Shown here: positions 24,952 to 38,300 of the stretch, piece by piece | Position numbering within the stretch: position 1 is the first letter of the stretch | Layout of the letters: each line of letters opens with the position of its first letter | Assembly: GCA_002633005.1 (NCBI GenBank) | Contig: NMRA01000219.1 | Span: forward strand, 1-55,133 | Source: Phoronis australis | Taxonomy: Eukaryota; Animalia; Phoronida | DNA: 55,133 nucleotides | Direction: 5' to 3' | Made by a program: the position numbers and the translations under genes | The notes under the pieces: generated by a model | Told to the model about the DNA's origin: nothing | What the model saw: only the letters and a program-made list of their open reading frames with translations | Databases searched by the model: none

Positions 24952-26237
24952 AACAGCACTTTGGTAGACGGCGCCACTTGACTTCCGGTCATGCTTTTAT
25001 ACGATGATCTGAAATACGGAAACCTAACTTATAAAAGAACGTGTCTTCCGACGTTAAAAGGATGTGCAATGCCAAGTATTACGATATTTTCAACATGTAC
25101 AGTAATGTTCTATTTATAGTCTCCCTTTCAACCGTTTTCAATAAGTTTAGGTTACATGTTGTATCTATATGTATTTTTAATGCATGGTTTGATTATTTGG
25201 CAGTGTCTCGTAGGACACTAGTGCTCGTGTTGTGGTTTCGCAAAAACGTAAGGTTGATTTTTGTCCTAAATGCAAAGGCCGTGTACTCATTTTCAATTCA
25301 AACCCCTTAAAACCATTGAGTATATGGACTACTTCAGCTTCAGTGTCATGACTTGTACTGTCTCTGTTATATAGGCCTACATCTTCTGGAGAAAACTGTT
25401 TTTTTGAAACGTTATGAGTCAGCAAAAATAAATTGTAGTGGAATCTATGGGCAATTTTCTGGTATAACGTGCCAGTATTTTGAGAACCAGTTTGATGCCC
25501 GTTATTCAGTGGAGAAAACTGGTTCTCAAAATTCGGGCCTGTTATATCAGACCATTACCCAAACTATGTATTAATGAGTGCAACGTTCGGTCAAACTCCG
25601 TCTCGCCCGCACCATTACCGTACTAGTACTCTATTGCGCTACTGTATTGGTCCCGCAACAAGCGCACACAGAATGTTTGGAGCCGTCTCGGAAAAGTATC
25701 TTTTTTGTCACGGGCCGTTTTTCGCGTACGCAGAGGGAACCTGCCAGATGAAGACTGACATTGGTGAGGTCAGTTCGTGGCCGCTATTTAATTTCGCTCC
25801 CCGCGGCTTCGAAGCGATTACCGGTATGTCTTCTTACAACGACTGAGCCTGCACGCTGCCGAACTTGACCATTTTCGTCATCTACACGTCATGAGCAATC
25901 CATCATTATGGTCAGTTTTGCAGATCTAGAAACCTTTGTGAATAATTTGTAGTGAAAAGCACGCGTGTGTAATGTTTTGTTAGTGGGAAGTTGGTAAACC
26001 AATCTTGTTTGAGCTGAGTGTTGGTAACTTAATGTGCTACTATTGAAAAGATATGCAATGTCACAATCAACGTGCTTGGAGCGCGACTTCTTGTGTCTCA
26101 TATTCTCATGATCAATTGAGACAGTCACTTTCACGTCTTGAGTAAGAAGTTCTTGGTTAAATTTTTGCAAGCACCTGTGTATATAATGGCTGCACTCTTG
26201 ATTGTCCTCCGCCGGGTCAACCGGCTAAGACATCTTG

Positions 26238-26386
26238 GTAACGCTAACGCTAGGTCCTCGCTAAAACGAAAGACGTGAGATTACGTGAGACATTGCCGTG
26301 TTTTTCAAATAAGAACACGTGATTTTGGCAAGATTTTAGCGAGGTCCTAGCGCAGGTCCTAGCGTAGGTCCTAGCGTTACTAAACT
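26238..26386. mobile_element. MITE copy, same family as 22134
   Basis: Reverse-oriented interior relative to the 22134 copy; ends tagcgttactaaact. Confidence 0.65.
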
Positions 26387-26723
26387 TTACCCCGAGAACC
26401 AATTCATTGAGAGGTCTTTGCCGGCTCACCCGACAGATCCGGTGAAGTTAAAAATCCCGTTTTTTTAAAGTGATATATATTTTTTGAAGAATACACAGAA
26501 CAAACAAAGAAATAATGACAAACCCAGAGAAAATCTCGAAATCCAGTTTAGACATTAACTTTTGACACGGCGCAACGAACACGGCGTAAGATGATCGACA
26601 TCAAGCGGCATTTTACACACACACAACTCAGAAGCGGTAGCAACACGTAAGTTGTAGGCAGGAACGTGGAGTGCTCATGCGCCAAGTTAAAAATTGTAGA
26701 AACCAAAGCTCTTTGGTATTAAC

Positions 26724-26790
26724 AGTGTTGTTTTTGTTGCTGTTGATGATGTTCCTGTTGTTGTTGTTGCTGTTGTTATTCTTGTTATTT
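26724..26790. repeat. Degenerate (GTT)n microsatellite
   Basis: gttgttgttgttgctgttgtt tract. Confidence 0.8.
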
Positions 26791-27038
26791 CCGTGGTTCT
26801 ATTCCACCCCCACTGTACGTTCGTCGTGACAATGAATTTTGCTTCAATACTTTTTTATCAGTTGATTAACGTTTTCATCAGTTGACCTACTGTACATGTA
26901 CATAACCAATGTACATAAATTGGTTATTTCCAAGTTTGTCACCAAATGATGCCATGGATGGAAGACATTTTACTGTAGGAATCAGGGATGGGTGTAGGTG
27001 ATGACCACTGCCTGTTCGTGGTAACGTCGTTTCCCTAC

Positions 27039-27957
27039 CATTTCACCACGACACCCCGTTGTCATCATGATAACAACGAAGTGACAATGCCGGGGTGTCT
27101 CAGGCGTAGTCTCAGTCTGTATCGTTCGCCCCTCACAACGATAGGGCTGTAAAAGAGCTCCCTGCCAATGAAGCGGTTTTGTTGACTGAAGTATCTCTCA
27201 CGCTTGGAGCACGCAAAGAACATCACGATGACATGTCGGCAGCGAAGGTCCAATTAAGGGCAGGAATGAACCAAAACGCTTGGTGATAAAGATGACAAGG
27301 CCCTGCTTGCTGCTCATGATAAAGTCCCACATGACATCCTGGCAATGGGTGACCAAAAACGGCATGCATCGACCCCAACATTTAACGGGAAAGACGCTAA
27401 ACTGGCGCTGCTTGATCTGATTGAATCAATGAAGCCGTCTGAAGAAGATTACATCCCGACTATGGTTGACCAGTCCATCGAAGTGATCGCACCTATTCCT
27501 GTGCGACCCGAACTCCCGATAGTTCCGCCATTACTGATACCAAGAACACACGTAAAGAGGAAAGGACAATTAAACCAGATCAAGACGTCGTCGTGTGACA
27601 GAGCGAGGTTCTGCCTCACAAAATTAACCGATCCATAAATACTGTTTTTTAAAAATGAGATTCACTATGGCACTCCACAGTGTTATGAGAGCGACAAGGT
27701 GACAGCGAATGCCATGGGAACAGCCTCTGGATCGTGGAACTGTACCAAAGATAAAGTTGTCAAAGAGCTTGCCATGGTTTTAGTGAAAAAGCCCTGTTGA
27801 GTGAAATGTCCGAGACGCTTGGGGTGCACTTCATAGATATGTCATACCGGCAGTGGCATATCAATGGCATGAATCAACCCAAATGGCTAACTGAAGGGAT
27901 GCCAGACAGGTCCTGCTCGCTCTACTTGAATCAATTACATCACAAAGAGAATGCCTG
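27039..27957 (+). pseudogene. Decayed coding relic with an internally duplicated unknown domain
   Basis: HFTTTPRC...VT...DRAVKEL..E..LLTEVSLTLG...GMNQNAW versus HYGTPQC...VT...DKVVKEL..E..LLSEMSETLG...GMNQPKW. Frameshifts needed; family not recognised. Confidence 0.45.
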
Positions 27958-29321
27958 AAAACACGTGACAATCAGCAGCCTATGAGAGCCAAGAGCTGAC
28001 CAAACTCAAGGCACGTGATAACAATAGACCAATAAGAAGGCTGGGAAAGCGACGTGTAGCTCTACACAAAGGAATTAGTGGACTAGACCGAAAAAAAGGA
28101 GGAGAAAGGAGTAAGACGGGTCCATTTGATCACATAAATGTATTTAACGATTGAAATGCCATTTATGATCGACAAAGGTCCCGAATAATATATAAATGAT
28201 ACGTGCATCACAAGCTTGTTAACAGAGATGAAAATGAGTTCGAGGTAATAGATAGTGAATATAAATAAGTAAGACATGATAATTGCTGGTAAGATGAGCA
28301 ATAAAAAATGCTCGAGCGCCCCGGTTTCGCGTTTAGAAGTAAGCCTATAGTTGACACGGGACAATATGATCGGGAGCAACTTGCTCTACATCACAAACGG
28401 GTGACAAAAGCTGTCACCGTGGTGTCAACTTGTTCCGTGCAGTTCTGTTTAGACATATACTTGCTCCCGACCATCTCATTCCCCGGATACTTGTCAACTT
28501 TTATAGTGAAAACAGGACTTCAGAAGTGCAACCATTGTGTGTAGAAATGCTACATGAGACAGAACGTCTGTCTAACGTTTTCTTAGTTTGTTGCTTTTAC
28601 AGTAGCAGCTGGCTGAATGAAAATTAGATGTAGTATACAGCTTTGCACCAAGGCTAGATGTTACTTCGCTTAGTTTGTGACATTGTCTCGCATTCTGATT
28701 ATCATCATTGTTGAGATTTGTTCTTTACACAACTCATCCAAGGCATCCTTATTCCTTCAGTATATTTATGACGCCAGTTGTGCAATTGCACACTTCATTT
28801 TGTGCAATGCCGTATTTTCGAGCACTTTCCTTTCAGTTGAAGTATAGTCGTTGGTGTTTAAAACTAAAATTAAGAAGATTTATTTCAACGAGCAGAAGAC
28901 CTTTAACCTGTAGCTAGTACCCTTACGTAACAGAAATTAAAACTATAAGTATTAAGATTGTTTCAAAAAGCAGAAGACCTTTCACCTGTAGCTAGTGCCC
29001 TTGGGGTAACAGAAATCAAACCGGCACAAGCAGTGAGACGTACACACCCCTACTTACACGTACAGTTGTACAGGCGTTTCACCAAATTTCACAGCAGCTT
29101 CTTGAAAACATTTAGTTATTGCCTGTTTCTGTGTGCTCAAGTATCGATAATCATTCAGGTTTACAGGAAAATGTTAAAATGTATTCAGAATAGTATAACA
29201 TACCACATTCGTTGTCGCGCATTCCGCGTGCTAAAATTTACGCAAATGAGCGCAACCTGTAGCTACTGTGAAATCTTTACCGCCTACAATATTGTATAAT
29301 TTCACTTTTAAAGTTGCCTCC

Positions 29322-29337
29322 ATGGTCTGCGGAATGG
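29322..29337 (+). CDS. Exon 1: start (MVCGMG)
   Basis: ATG followed by strong donor G|GTAAGT; phase 1 matches exon 2. Confidence 0.5.
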
Positions 29338-32300
29338 GTAAGTCAGTTTATTTAAAAGACCCGATCGGTTTTACGGCCGAATAAAAACGCAATTTGAATG
29401 TTATTTTTGTCTAAGATCGTGACTTCCTGATATATGAGCTTTGACAAGAGCTATAAATAGCAAAATAAACTGTTTTTTATTTTTCAAGTGAAAAGTGAAA
29501 TTGTCTCTATGTTATTTCTCTCAAATTACCTTACATAATCCACTGAGAACGGAATCGCTCCTGGCTTAGTCAAAACTCAGCTCTAACAGACTTGAAGAAT
29601 TATCGAAAATTTTCACTATTTTGTGAAACGGCTCACAAAATTCGGAACAAATTCCGAGTAAGGGAGCGAAACATTTTTTAAGTGCCCTTGTATCAACGGA
29701 ATCAAATTCGCTTAGGTTATTTAGGGAACGATAGCCAGTCTTACTCAGTTATTTTTCGCCTTTTTCTGAAAACGACAAATCAAATCGTCTGCCAACTTGT
29801 ACTCTTGATCTAGTGACGTCATATTATAATTAGTTGTGAGCCGAATGCCAGCCAATGAGACAAGTGAATGTTTTAGTTCACCACCTGGTTACAGTGCAAA
29901 CGGCGGAGCGACAAGCGATTAGTAAAGCGTCGGTTTAATTCGCCACCGTTATTTTCCCGATTTCCAGCTACGTAGCTTACCGCAGTTTTCAACGATAAGT
30001 GCCCTGTGAATCAGAAATTAATAAACTTATATCTACTTTTATGCTGACGACAAACGACCTACTGTGTTTCCTATATTTGACAGGGCATGCTCTATCAGCA
30101 AAGAGCGTCTTGTCGCTTTTGACGTCACTTTATTTCACTACTCACGTTATCAGTAACAGCGAGTTTCTCCAAGTTTTTAAAAGAATAAAAAGAAAAACCT
30201 CATTGCTCTACAACGTTGAACACAAAGTATTTACCAGAGATACGTCACGTGTCCGGCGCTCTTTGGATGTAACATTTTGTAAGTATTTTTTCTATCTTAT
30301 AACGTAGAAAATAAATCTGAAACTAAATAAGGCGATCCAGATCCTCCCAAGGATACTATTGTTTCACGAAATGTAGAATATAAATAGGTAAATAAAACAA
30401 CAAGAATGGATCAACTGAAATTTTCGGATGTAATAACGTCCTTTGTCAACAGAAACTATATGGTACTACGTAATTACTTTGAGTTCATTTGCTAAGTCCG
30501 AAACATGCACGCAGACATGGTAGCTTGGGTGATTCTTAAATTATGAATACGAACCAACAAACTGCCACATACTGTATATATGTATGGGCCGCGGAAAGGG
30601 CAAAAATAGTTAATAGAAAAATCAAACGTAATTTGTAATTTTGCCCTTAGCTAGTTCCCGTTTCCACCGACAGGTTTGATTTTCCAAACAATTGATTTTT
30701 ACGAATTAAGTTTGATTTTTACAAATTAGGCTTGATTTTTCTATAATTATTTTTTGCCGTTTCCGCGGCCCAAATATGTGGCCTGCGTTACACTAATATC
30801 GATCCCGCCGAAATCAATACTTTGATGCAATTTTATCTGTGGCCTAGGAAATGAATTAGACGATTCTCTTTCAACCCCCATTTCTCTCTCTCTACCAACC
30901 AATTGTGTCATTTGTAGCAATTCCCTTAAGGCACACTTGGGTCAGCTGCAAACATAAAAGACCCACAAAAGTTTAAACGTTTTCGTTTCACATGGACATT
31001 TCCCGTCCTATGTTTTCAGATAACGTAGCTCTGCGAAAAGCGGCCAACCAAAGCTCTCAGTACAAACAGCATTCGCCCCAGCTAGCCAATGACGGCAGTA
31101 GGAATCAAGCAAGTGGTCACTGCGCCATGTCTAACAAGGAGAGCGATCCCTGGTGGAAAGTGAAACTTGTTGACGAAGATATAGATTACTTTATGATATT
31201 GGGAGCAAAAATCTACTCCGTCAAATGGAATGGTGTGTAATAAGAATACAAGAATTAAACACAGCTTAATCTCATTTTACTAAAGTTAGTGTACAGTGTA
31301 ATTCTGATCTGCTAACCGAAATGCGGCAATTGCACTGCACCACTCCACAAGTGGAATTTAGATCAGTGACCGTGATATCGAGGATTGATGACGTCAGCGG
31401 TTCCAGTAGAAATCTATTAACAAATTACAAGACCAGAAATTTGGGCCTACATTCTTATGTGCCTCCTTTGTCCACGTTTCAAAAAATTGACATTAATTTT
31501 CGTTGAAGCTGCATTTTGTTCAGAATTAGCTGGATGAGATGCGAAAATTGAATTAGGCCTTTTTCTTCAGTAGCCTTAATTACCGTGGTAGGACTATATG
31601 TCCGTTACCTATTCAAATCACATGAAATACGTGTATATGTGCGCAGTTTTTCCGAATTCGCAACTTTGTGGTTGGCCAGCCCCAATAAATTCTGAAGCAT
31701 TTTACTACGTGACATCAACGTACAGCTAAGCTCTTGCCACGCTACGACTGGCTGCCCTTGTGTGGCTAGAGTTTTGCACGCACAACGGTCTATTTGTCCC
31801 TTGATAACAGCAGAATAGTGTATAGGTTATTACCGCTAACGTTCACGGTATCAGCTTACAGAATTCCATCGACTTCATACAAAATGCATAGGCCCTACGC
31901 ATTATTGTAGTCAGTATGGGACGATGGCCTGAATTTATTTGCAACAAACCGCAGCAGCCAAGTAGATCCTTGTCAGAACCGAGAGAGCTTTTACGTATTT
32001 AACATCTAGTGTTATGTTCTTTGATAGGCAGTTTGGCCAACTTTAAAGTGCGAGTGAGTATGGACAATCGCCGTTGGTCGGGCACTTGTTTTAAGTACTC
32101 AGGCCGTCCGACTTCGGTGTATGAAGTCAGATGTCGGCGGTACATGTTCGCAAGATCCGTTGGAGTAACATCACATGATTTGAAAAAAGGCTTCCACATG
32201 TCGCTATGCGAAGTCGAGGTGATGGGAACCTTGGCCACGCAAGGTATCTGTACTTCAAACAGAAAGTTACAATTTTTGTTTTCTAAACAGAAGTATCAGA

Positions 32301-35300
32301 AAATCAACCTGTTGTCTGATAACGAGTTCTCAGCATTCTCAAATCCCTAACACATTCCGAGCAGAGGCTGCGTTTCTGTGAGTTTTTCCACAAAGATCCA
32401 CTTTCAAATGTTGTCTGAACTCCCATTGGTTACGATGTATCTGACGTTTGCATGCTTTTCCGTGGTTGGTTCTGCAAAGAGTTGAAATTAAGGGCACCGA
32501 ACTCAATATTGGAAGATGTTAGTGACCGTCTACAACGCCATGATTACACATGTACACATGTGTGATTGTCTTAGGTCGGTGGGAGAAGCCTCCCCGGAAC
32601 TATGACTTTCAAATATCTATAACAAGTGTCCCCTCGACGAAGAGCAGTCTAACGCTTTAAGCTCATCGTAGTTCACTACAGCAAATAATCCCCAACGTTG
32701 GATGAAAACAGAACGCTTTACTCGTCGTCTGGTTCATGGCTCCTTTTTGTAATAAGTTGCAGTGCGTGTAATTTGTTTCAGATACACAAAACAGTTTGGA
32801 CTTTGAATCGCCTCTTCACGAGGTGACGAGCAATGTCGCCTTGAACTGGACCGACTGGTCTCGATGTTCGACAACCTGTGGTCCTGTAACAAAACGCCGA
32901 TCACGGACGTGTGAGAATAAACCATGCTTTGGGTCAAATATCGAACAAATGGTACGAACAGTTTTGGTAGTAAGGAAACATAGGATAAGGGAACATCAAG
33001 TAGCTTCACGTGGAGACAAAATAATATGAAAATATGAGTTTTAGCTATACATTTTAGAGTATGATGCGAGCATCTGAAAGTAGAAGCTTAGCCAATATTG
33101 TGAAACGTTGACAACAGTGTTTTCAGCGATTTGCGAATCGCACGAATTACCACGAATTCATACATTTTCAGACTCTTGAGGATTGTTTCGTGGAATCATG
33201 CAATTTTATCTTCCAATTTTTGACACCGTACGAGTTTTACAATAAATGACAAAGGCCGGGTACGGATATCCGTGAACCAGTCCGCCTAAAAAAAGTTTGC
33301 TACTAATTCCCAACCACTGACGAATAGCACGAATATATGAGAACAATTCAACTATGAATAGGTGAAATTTCCAATTCGCGAGGATTTTAGCATCTGTGCA
33401 AAGGGAAAATATAATGAACTGTGGCACTTCCGTTTCGACCATGTGTTTAAATTTTGTTTGGTGTTTCAGGACTGCGAAAATCCCGTGTGCGACGAAAACG
33501 AAAAAGGAACTTGGAGTGAGTGGTACGCGTGGTCCGGTTGTTCGCGAGAGTGCGGTGATGGCCACAGGGAGCGATACAGAGAGTGCTTCAATAAATGGGG
33601 TCTACAAGGCCATTCTTGCAAAGGGCTAGGTAAGAAACTCTCGTTTTTTGTTTCCTTGTCGACAAGTGCACGTTGTTTTTTGTTTCAAAAGACGCCGTCG
33701 TTCAATCTGTTTTAATATCTATCAGATTTATGCAAAGAGATGCCTTTAAATAAGAGACAATTCAACAATCTTGCGTTTCGTTTTTATAGAAACACAGAAG
33801 AAGTCATGTTATCTTAAAGTTTGTCCACTCGAAAGGTTGCCCTTCGGAAGAGGTAGGTTCCGGCACAAGTTGTATTATTTTTCGTTATCGAAGTTACATT
33901 TATACTTGATGAATATTCATTTCATGTAAACAATTGAAAATTATGTTTCTTTGACATGACCGGCTCGTCTCAATGGTTATATTTACCATGTTGTTATGCT
34001 GACCGCCAGTATTTGGGTAGGATTCAAGTGATTCAAAAAGTAAACCATACAGTGTAGTAATCATTGTGCATTGTTGTAAGGAGACCTGTTTATTGTCAAG
34101 GTTACAATTTCCCAAAGATGTTTTATATATTAATGACAACCATGAAGCCAAATATTTTTCTAATTTTAATGAAAGTAATATGCTTGAAGTTATGGGACAC
34201 TGTTTTTCACAAAAAATCATGTTTTTATGGAGATAGCAGTATTTTTATGGAATTAAGATATGTTTTGTTACTATATTTTGCTATCTTTCTAAGGTTTCTA
34301 GGCACCAGTTTCAAAATTCATTTCTTAACAGAAATAACGATGATTAACAGTGCTTTCCTGTTAGAAATTTTCAACATCGATCAGACCTACGAGCATCAGA
34401 TATATTACACAGATACGGGTGTATTGACTTTCACTGGGGTCAATATTTTAGTTTTCAGACCCCAAAATTGTGGTAGTGGCCGAAACGGGTTGTTTTATTA
34501 TCCGATAACATTTCGCGTTGAGCAATTCATAGTAGGAGACTACTGTTTGGATGTTCGATCGTATATCAATCATTAGTTCGGTTAGTCAGCCACCAGGATT
34601 TTACTAAAAACGTTGTGAGAAGAATTTGAAAAAAACTCCCAGGAGATCGGATTGGACAAGGGATCAAATGGCCCAGCGGGGGTTTATAGGCCCCTTAACC
34701 TCCACCTCACTCGGGTCCTGACCTGAGCTTATCCTAATACTGTTTCCTGTTTAGTTAAATGTAAACCTGTGCACTCTCATTCCAAGCCAATATTGCAATT
34801 AACAAGACTACCCGTCAAAGCACGAGGTTTCATGGCAAGTACGGTTCCGAGTTGACTGTAGATGGAGTGCTCAAGCAAGACGTAGACCACTGCTCGAGAA
34901 CAAGCCCGGAGCACGCGCCTTCCTGGTTGGTCCATCTCGCACACGAACCGGACAACTATGAAATCACCGGCTTGAAGATTTATCTGGGAAACGGTATTGT
35001 TTTTAATATGATGTATAACAAGACAAATATAGACGGTATTTGCAATTCAGTTTTGACCTACATTTTTCTACTGATCCATTCTGATTTCATATTGGTATCG
35101 CTTATTCTTTTTTTCCCGGTTGAATTCGCGTTTGGTTATTAGCTCAAATGCACTTTTATGTCTGAGTATCCTTATAACGCTTTTGATGAGAGATGTTGCT
35201 CACTTATTTTCATTAACGGAGAACATTTTCTGCACACGAAAGACCACTACGGATTAGTCTCCATTTGAACTATGAAGTTTCGGCTCATTAACATTGCCGA

Positions 35301-38300
35301 CTTATAATCAAATACCATCAGTTGTCACCCCATTTCCAAGAAATCAAAACACATTAGTATACCACCAACTAGCAGCTTTTCATTGGCATTACGAAGAACA
35401 TATTTGCATGTGACAACGTTCGCTCGTAAGTATCTTAACAGGAATAATGGTGTAACGTTTATTTCTTTCACGCATGCAGCGTGATTGTATAAAAGACAAT
35501 ACACAAAACTGAGGAAATTGAGGGGGCGACCAAAAAACCGTCGCCTGATTGTCATTTCAGATCTATCGGGATGGTGGCTCCTCTGAAATTTGCGGTTACG
35601 TCCCCGCCACAGACATGCCAGTGGTCCAAATCCAGAAACATTTTCGATTGGTTAAAACATAAAACAATACACTGAACGCCGGATTTATAAGTATACGTGT
35701 CGTCACTGAAAAAAGTTGTATTCTAAGCATGTTATCAATTAGTGGTATGTTACCGACCAGTCTTTAGCGGTCCAGCCAAAATATTGATAAATATTGCCAT
35801 TGTAATGTTTCCAACACTTGCACATTTTCCCTCTTTTTCAGAATCACTTCCTATAAACAGCTTCAAAGTTCTTGTACATTCCGACCCTGAAAAAATCTTT
35901 GACGGAGACGCACCGCTGTGTTTCAAGTATCGCGGTGTTCCTTCAAGAGCGGCCATTTTGAATGTCAAATGCTCGCGGCCACTGACTGGGAGGATTGTGG
36001 GCATTCTAAGTCAAAAGAGCCTCGTGAAGTATAAACTGGTCTTATGTGAAGTTCAAGTTTTCGGAATTTATATCAATAAAGGTATGCTTTTGATAAAAGC
36101 TAAACAGAAATAAGACGGGCTCTTCTCTGTGTTCCAATTGCCTGCCTTCGCCAGTTGCGCCGCTGATTGGTTTTCGATGACGACTTCCACCTTTTACATC
36201 AATCACATATTTATGTCTTAGCTGGTTGATCTAAATCCAAATTCCACTCACGGCGTTCATGAACTAATGAAAAGATAATCCTAGTTTGTAGTGTTCCTCG
36301 GCTATACATATAATGTGTAACATTTACAGATACGCCATCTAACCAAACATTTTTGAAAATTCAACCTTACTGAGTACGTCCCCGTCCACTTGCAGTGTGC
36401 TACTGTTTTGAATCAATATGAAGATCGCAGGAACCGGGTGGCAGAACGTTTACTTATATATCAGACGACTTTTGCAGTGCATGAAACTCCAGTAAACATG
36501 TTCATTTTGATTCAGTTGTGATCAGTGTTAACTCGACGAAATGATTTGTTGGCATCCTCTTCTCTTCAGTGAACAGCAGAAAATTGTCCGAGTACTACCT
36601 GCGTCAGAGGAGTGGCCAAAATTACGGCTGGAGTTCGTGGTCTGAATGCACTTCAACATGCGGGGCTGGGGTACAGACCCGGACAATGAACTGTGCCGAG
36701 TTCCCCTGCAAAGGCTCCAATTGGCAAGAGAAGGTAAAGCGCGCTTCTATGGGAAATGTTAGTGTTATGTTCCGATAAGATGCAAGGCCGGTGGCAGTTC
36801 CAAAAGCGGGAAGAATTTTGGAAAACCACACGCTTTGTAGATTACCCCTCAGGTTTCATGGTCTACATTGTGCTACAATTAATGGGCGGAGCAGCACTGA
36901 AACAAGTGGGGGCTATAACCCACCCCGGCAGGTCTCTATGGGGTGTGCCGCCCATGTCCATGGGCAGCGCAGCACTGAAATAAATGGGAGGCTATTGCCC
37001 CCTCCCCCTATGGTGCACCGCCCTTGTACGTTGTACTACAAGAGCTACTTCGTATATAGCCAGAACAAAAGCTTAAAGCATTGCTGGAGTCTGAATGTTC
37101 AGTTATAACAATTATTCCAATGTATACACATTCTGTGATCCTCTGAGTAGTTGACTTATTGTACTGCGTAGCTGTGAGACATTTGCTGCAAAATGGTGCT
37201 TGTTACGGTTTGTTAGTTCGCCTTTTTAGTGTCACATCCGTATTCTAGAAGTGTGACAACTTGGTCTGTGAGCCAGCTCCACCTGGGGCTTGGACCTCGT
37301 GGGACAACTGGTCCTGGTGCACGAAGCACTGCGACCAGGGGATTCGCAAACGGGCCAGGAGGTGCCTGGACGGTAAAGGTTACAGTACGACGACTTGTGC
37401 AGGAAAGGGTGAGCCAGCTCGAATTAACTATTTAATTCTCTAGAGAGCACCTTAGATCTTTGGTGTTTCATAAAGTCTCCAAAGGGGCATTGATGCACAC
37501 TTGAACCATACTACGATCTTGGTTACATTTTTTGTAAATGCAGAGAGAGAAACCATGACGCGGACTTAGGAGATTAGACCCTGGACCATAGCCTGCTTTC
37601 TGCACAAAAAAAAACAAACACGCGAAAACGCAAGATCACAAAAAATATCGGCGTGCATTATAAGCGAATTACGTGATAATGCTAGCTAGCTTTACACAAC
37701 CCCCTATAGTTTTCTCTTGTGTTTATACTAAACACGTCACATGATTTGAGTGCATCACAGTTTTATCACTTCCGCTTAGTACGGCCCGGCCAATTTTATA
37801 ATTGTTTGACTAGCTATGCAAATTACTAGTCGTATACTGTTGATAGGCTACTGTGAGATCATCATTTGGCGATGGTCAATAATTGGAATATAAGTAAAGG
37901 TGTTTTTACGCTTTTTAGAGACGGAAGAAAAGAGTTGTCTCATTTCCAGGTGTGCTGACGTCAAATACGTGCTGACCATGACCGGTGACGTCGACGCGAG
38001 AGAACTGACCACACCACCAGCCTTGAGTAAGTTGTTAGCATATAGATTGTGACATTTGCAACTGTGCTGAAATGGTTCTCCTGATAAAAGGTGTTTAAAA
38101 AGGGGGCATGTTGTATTTGGTAGGTTGCCTGTGCATTAACTTCCAGTAGGCACCTGACGGTTGGCGTACATGCATATAACCGTGACACAAGGACAACTAG
38201 GGAGATTAAATTCACAAGCTGTACTCTCTCTGACTTCCTACCTAAAACCCAAACCCATAATCCCAAATAGTGTAACAAATTTTCTGATGTCTTCTCGACA

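Noticed and set aside
34064-34576. 170-aa ORF
   Set aside because: AT-rich intron sequence with a TTG start and no motif, lying between well-fitting exons 7 and 8.
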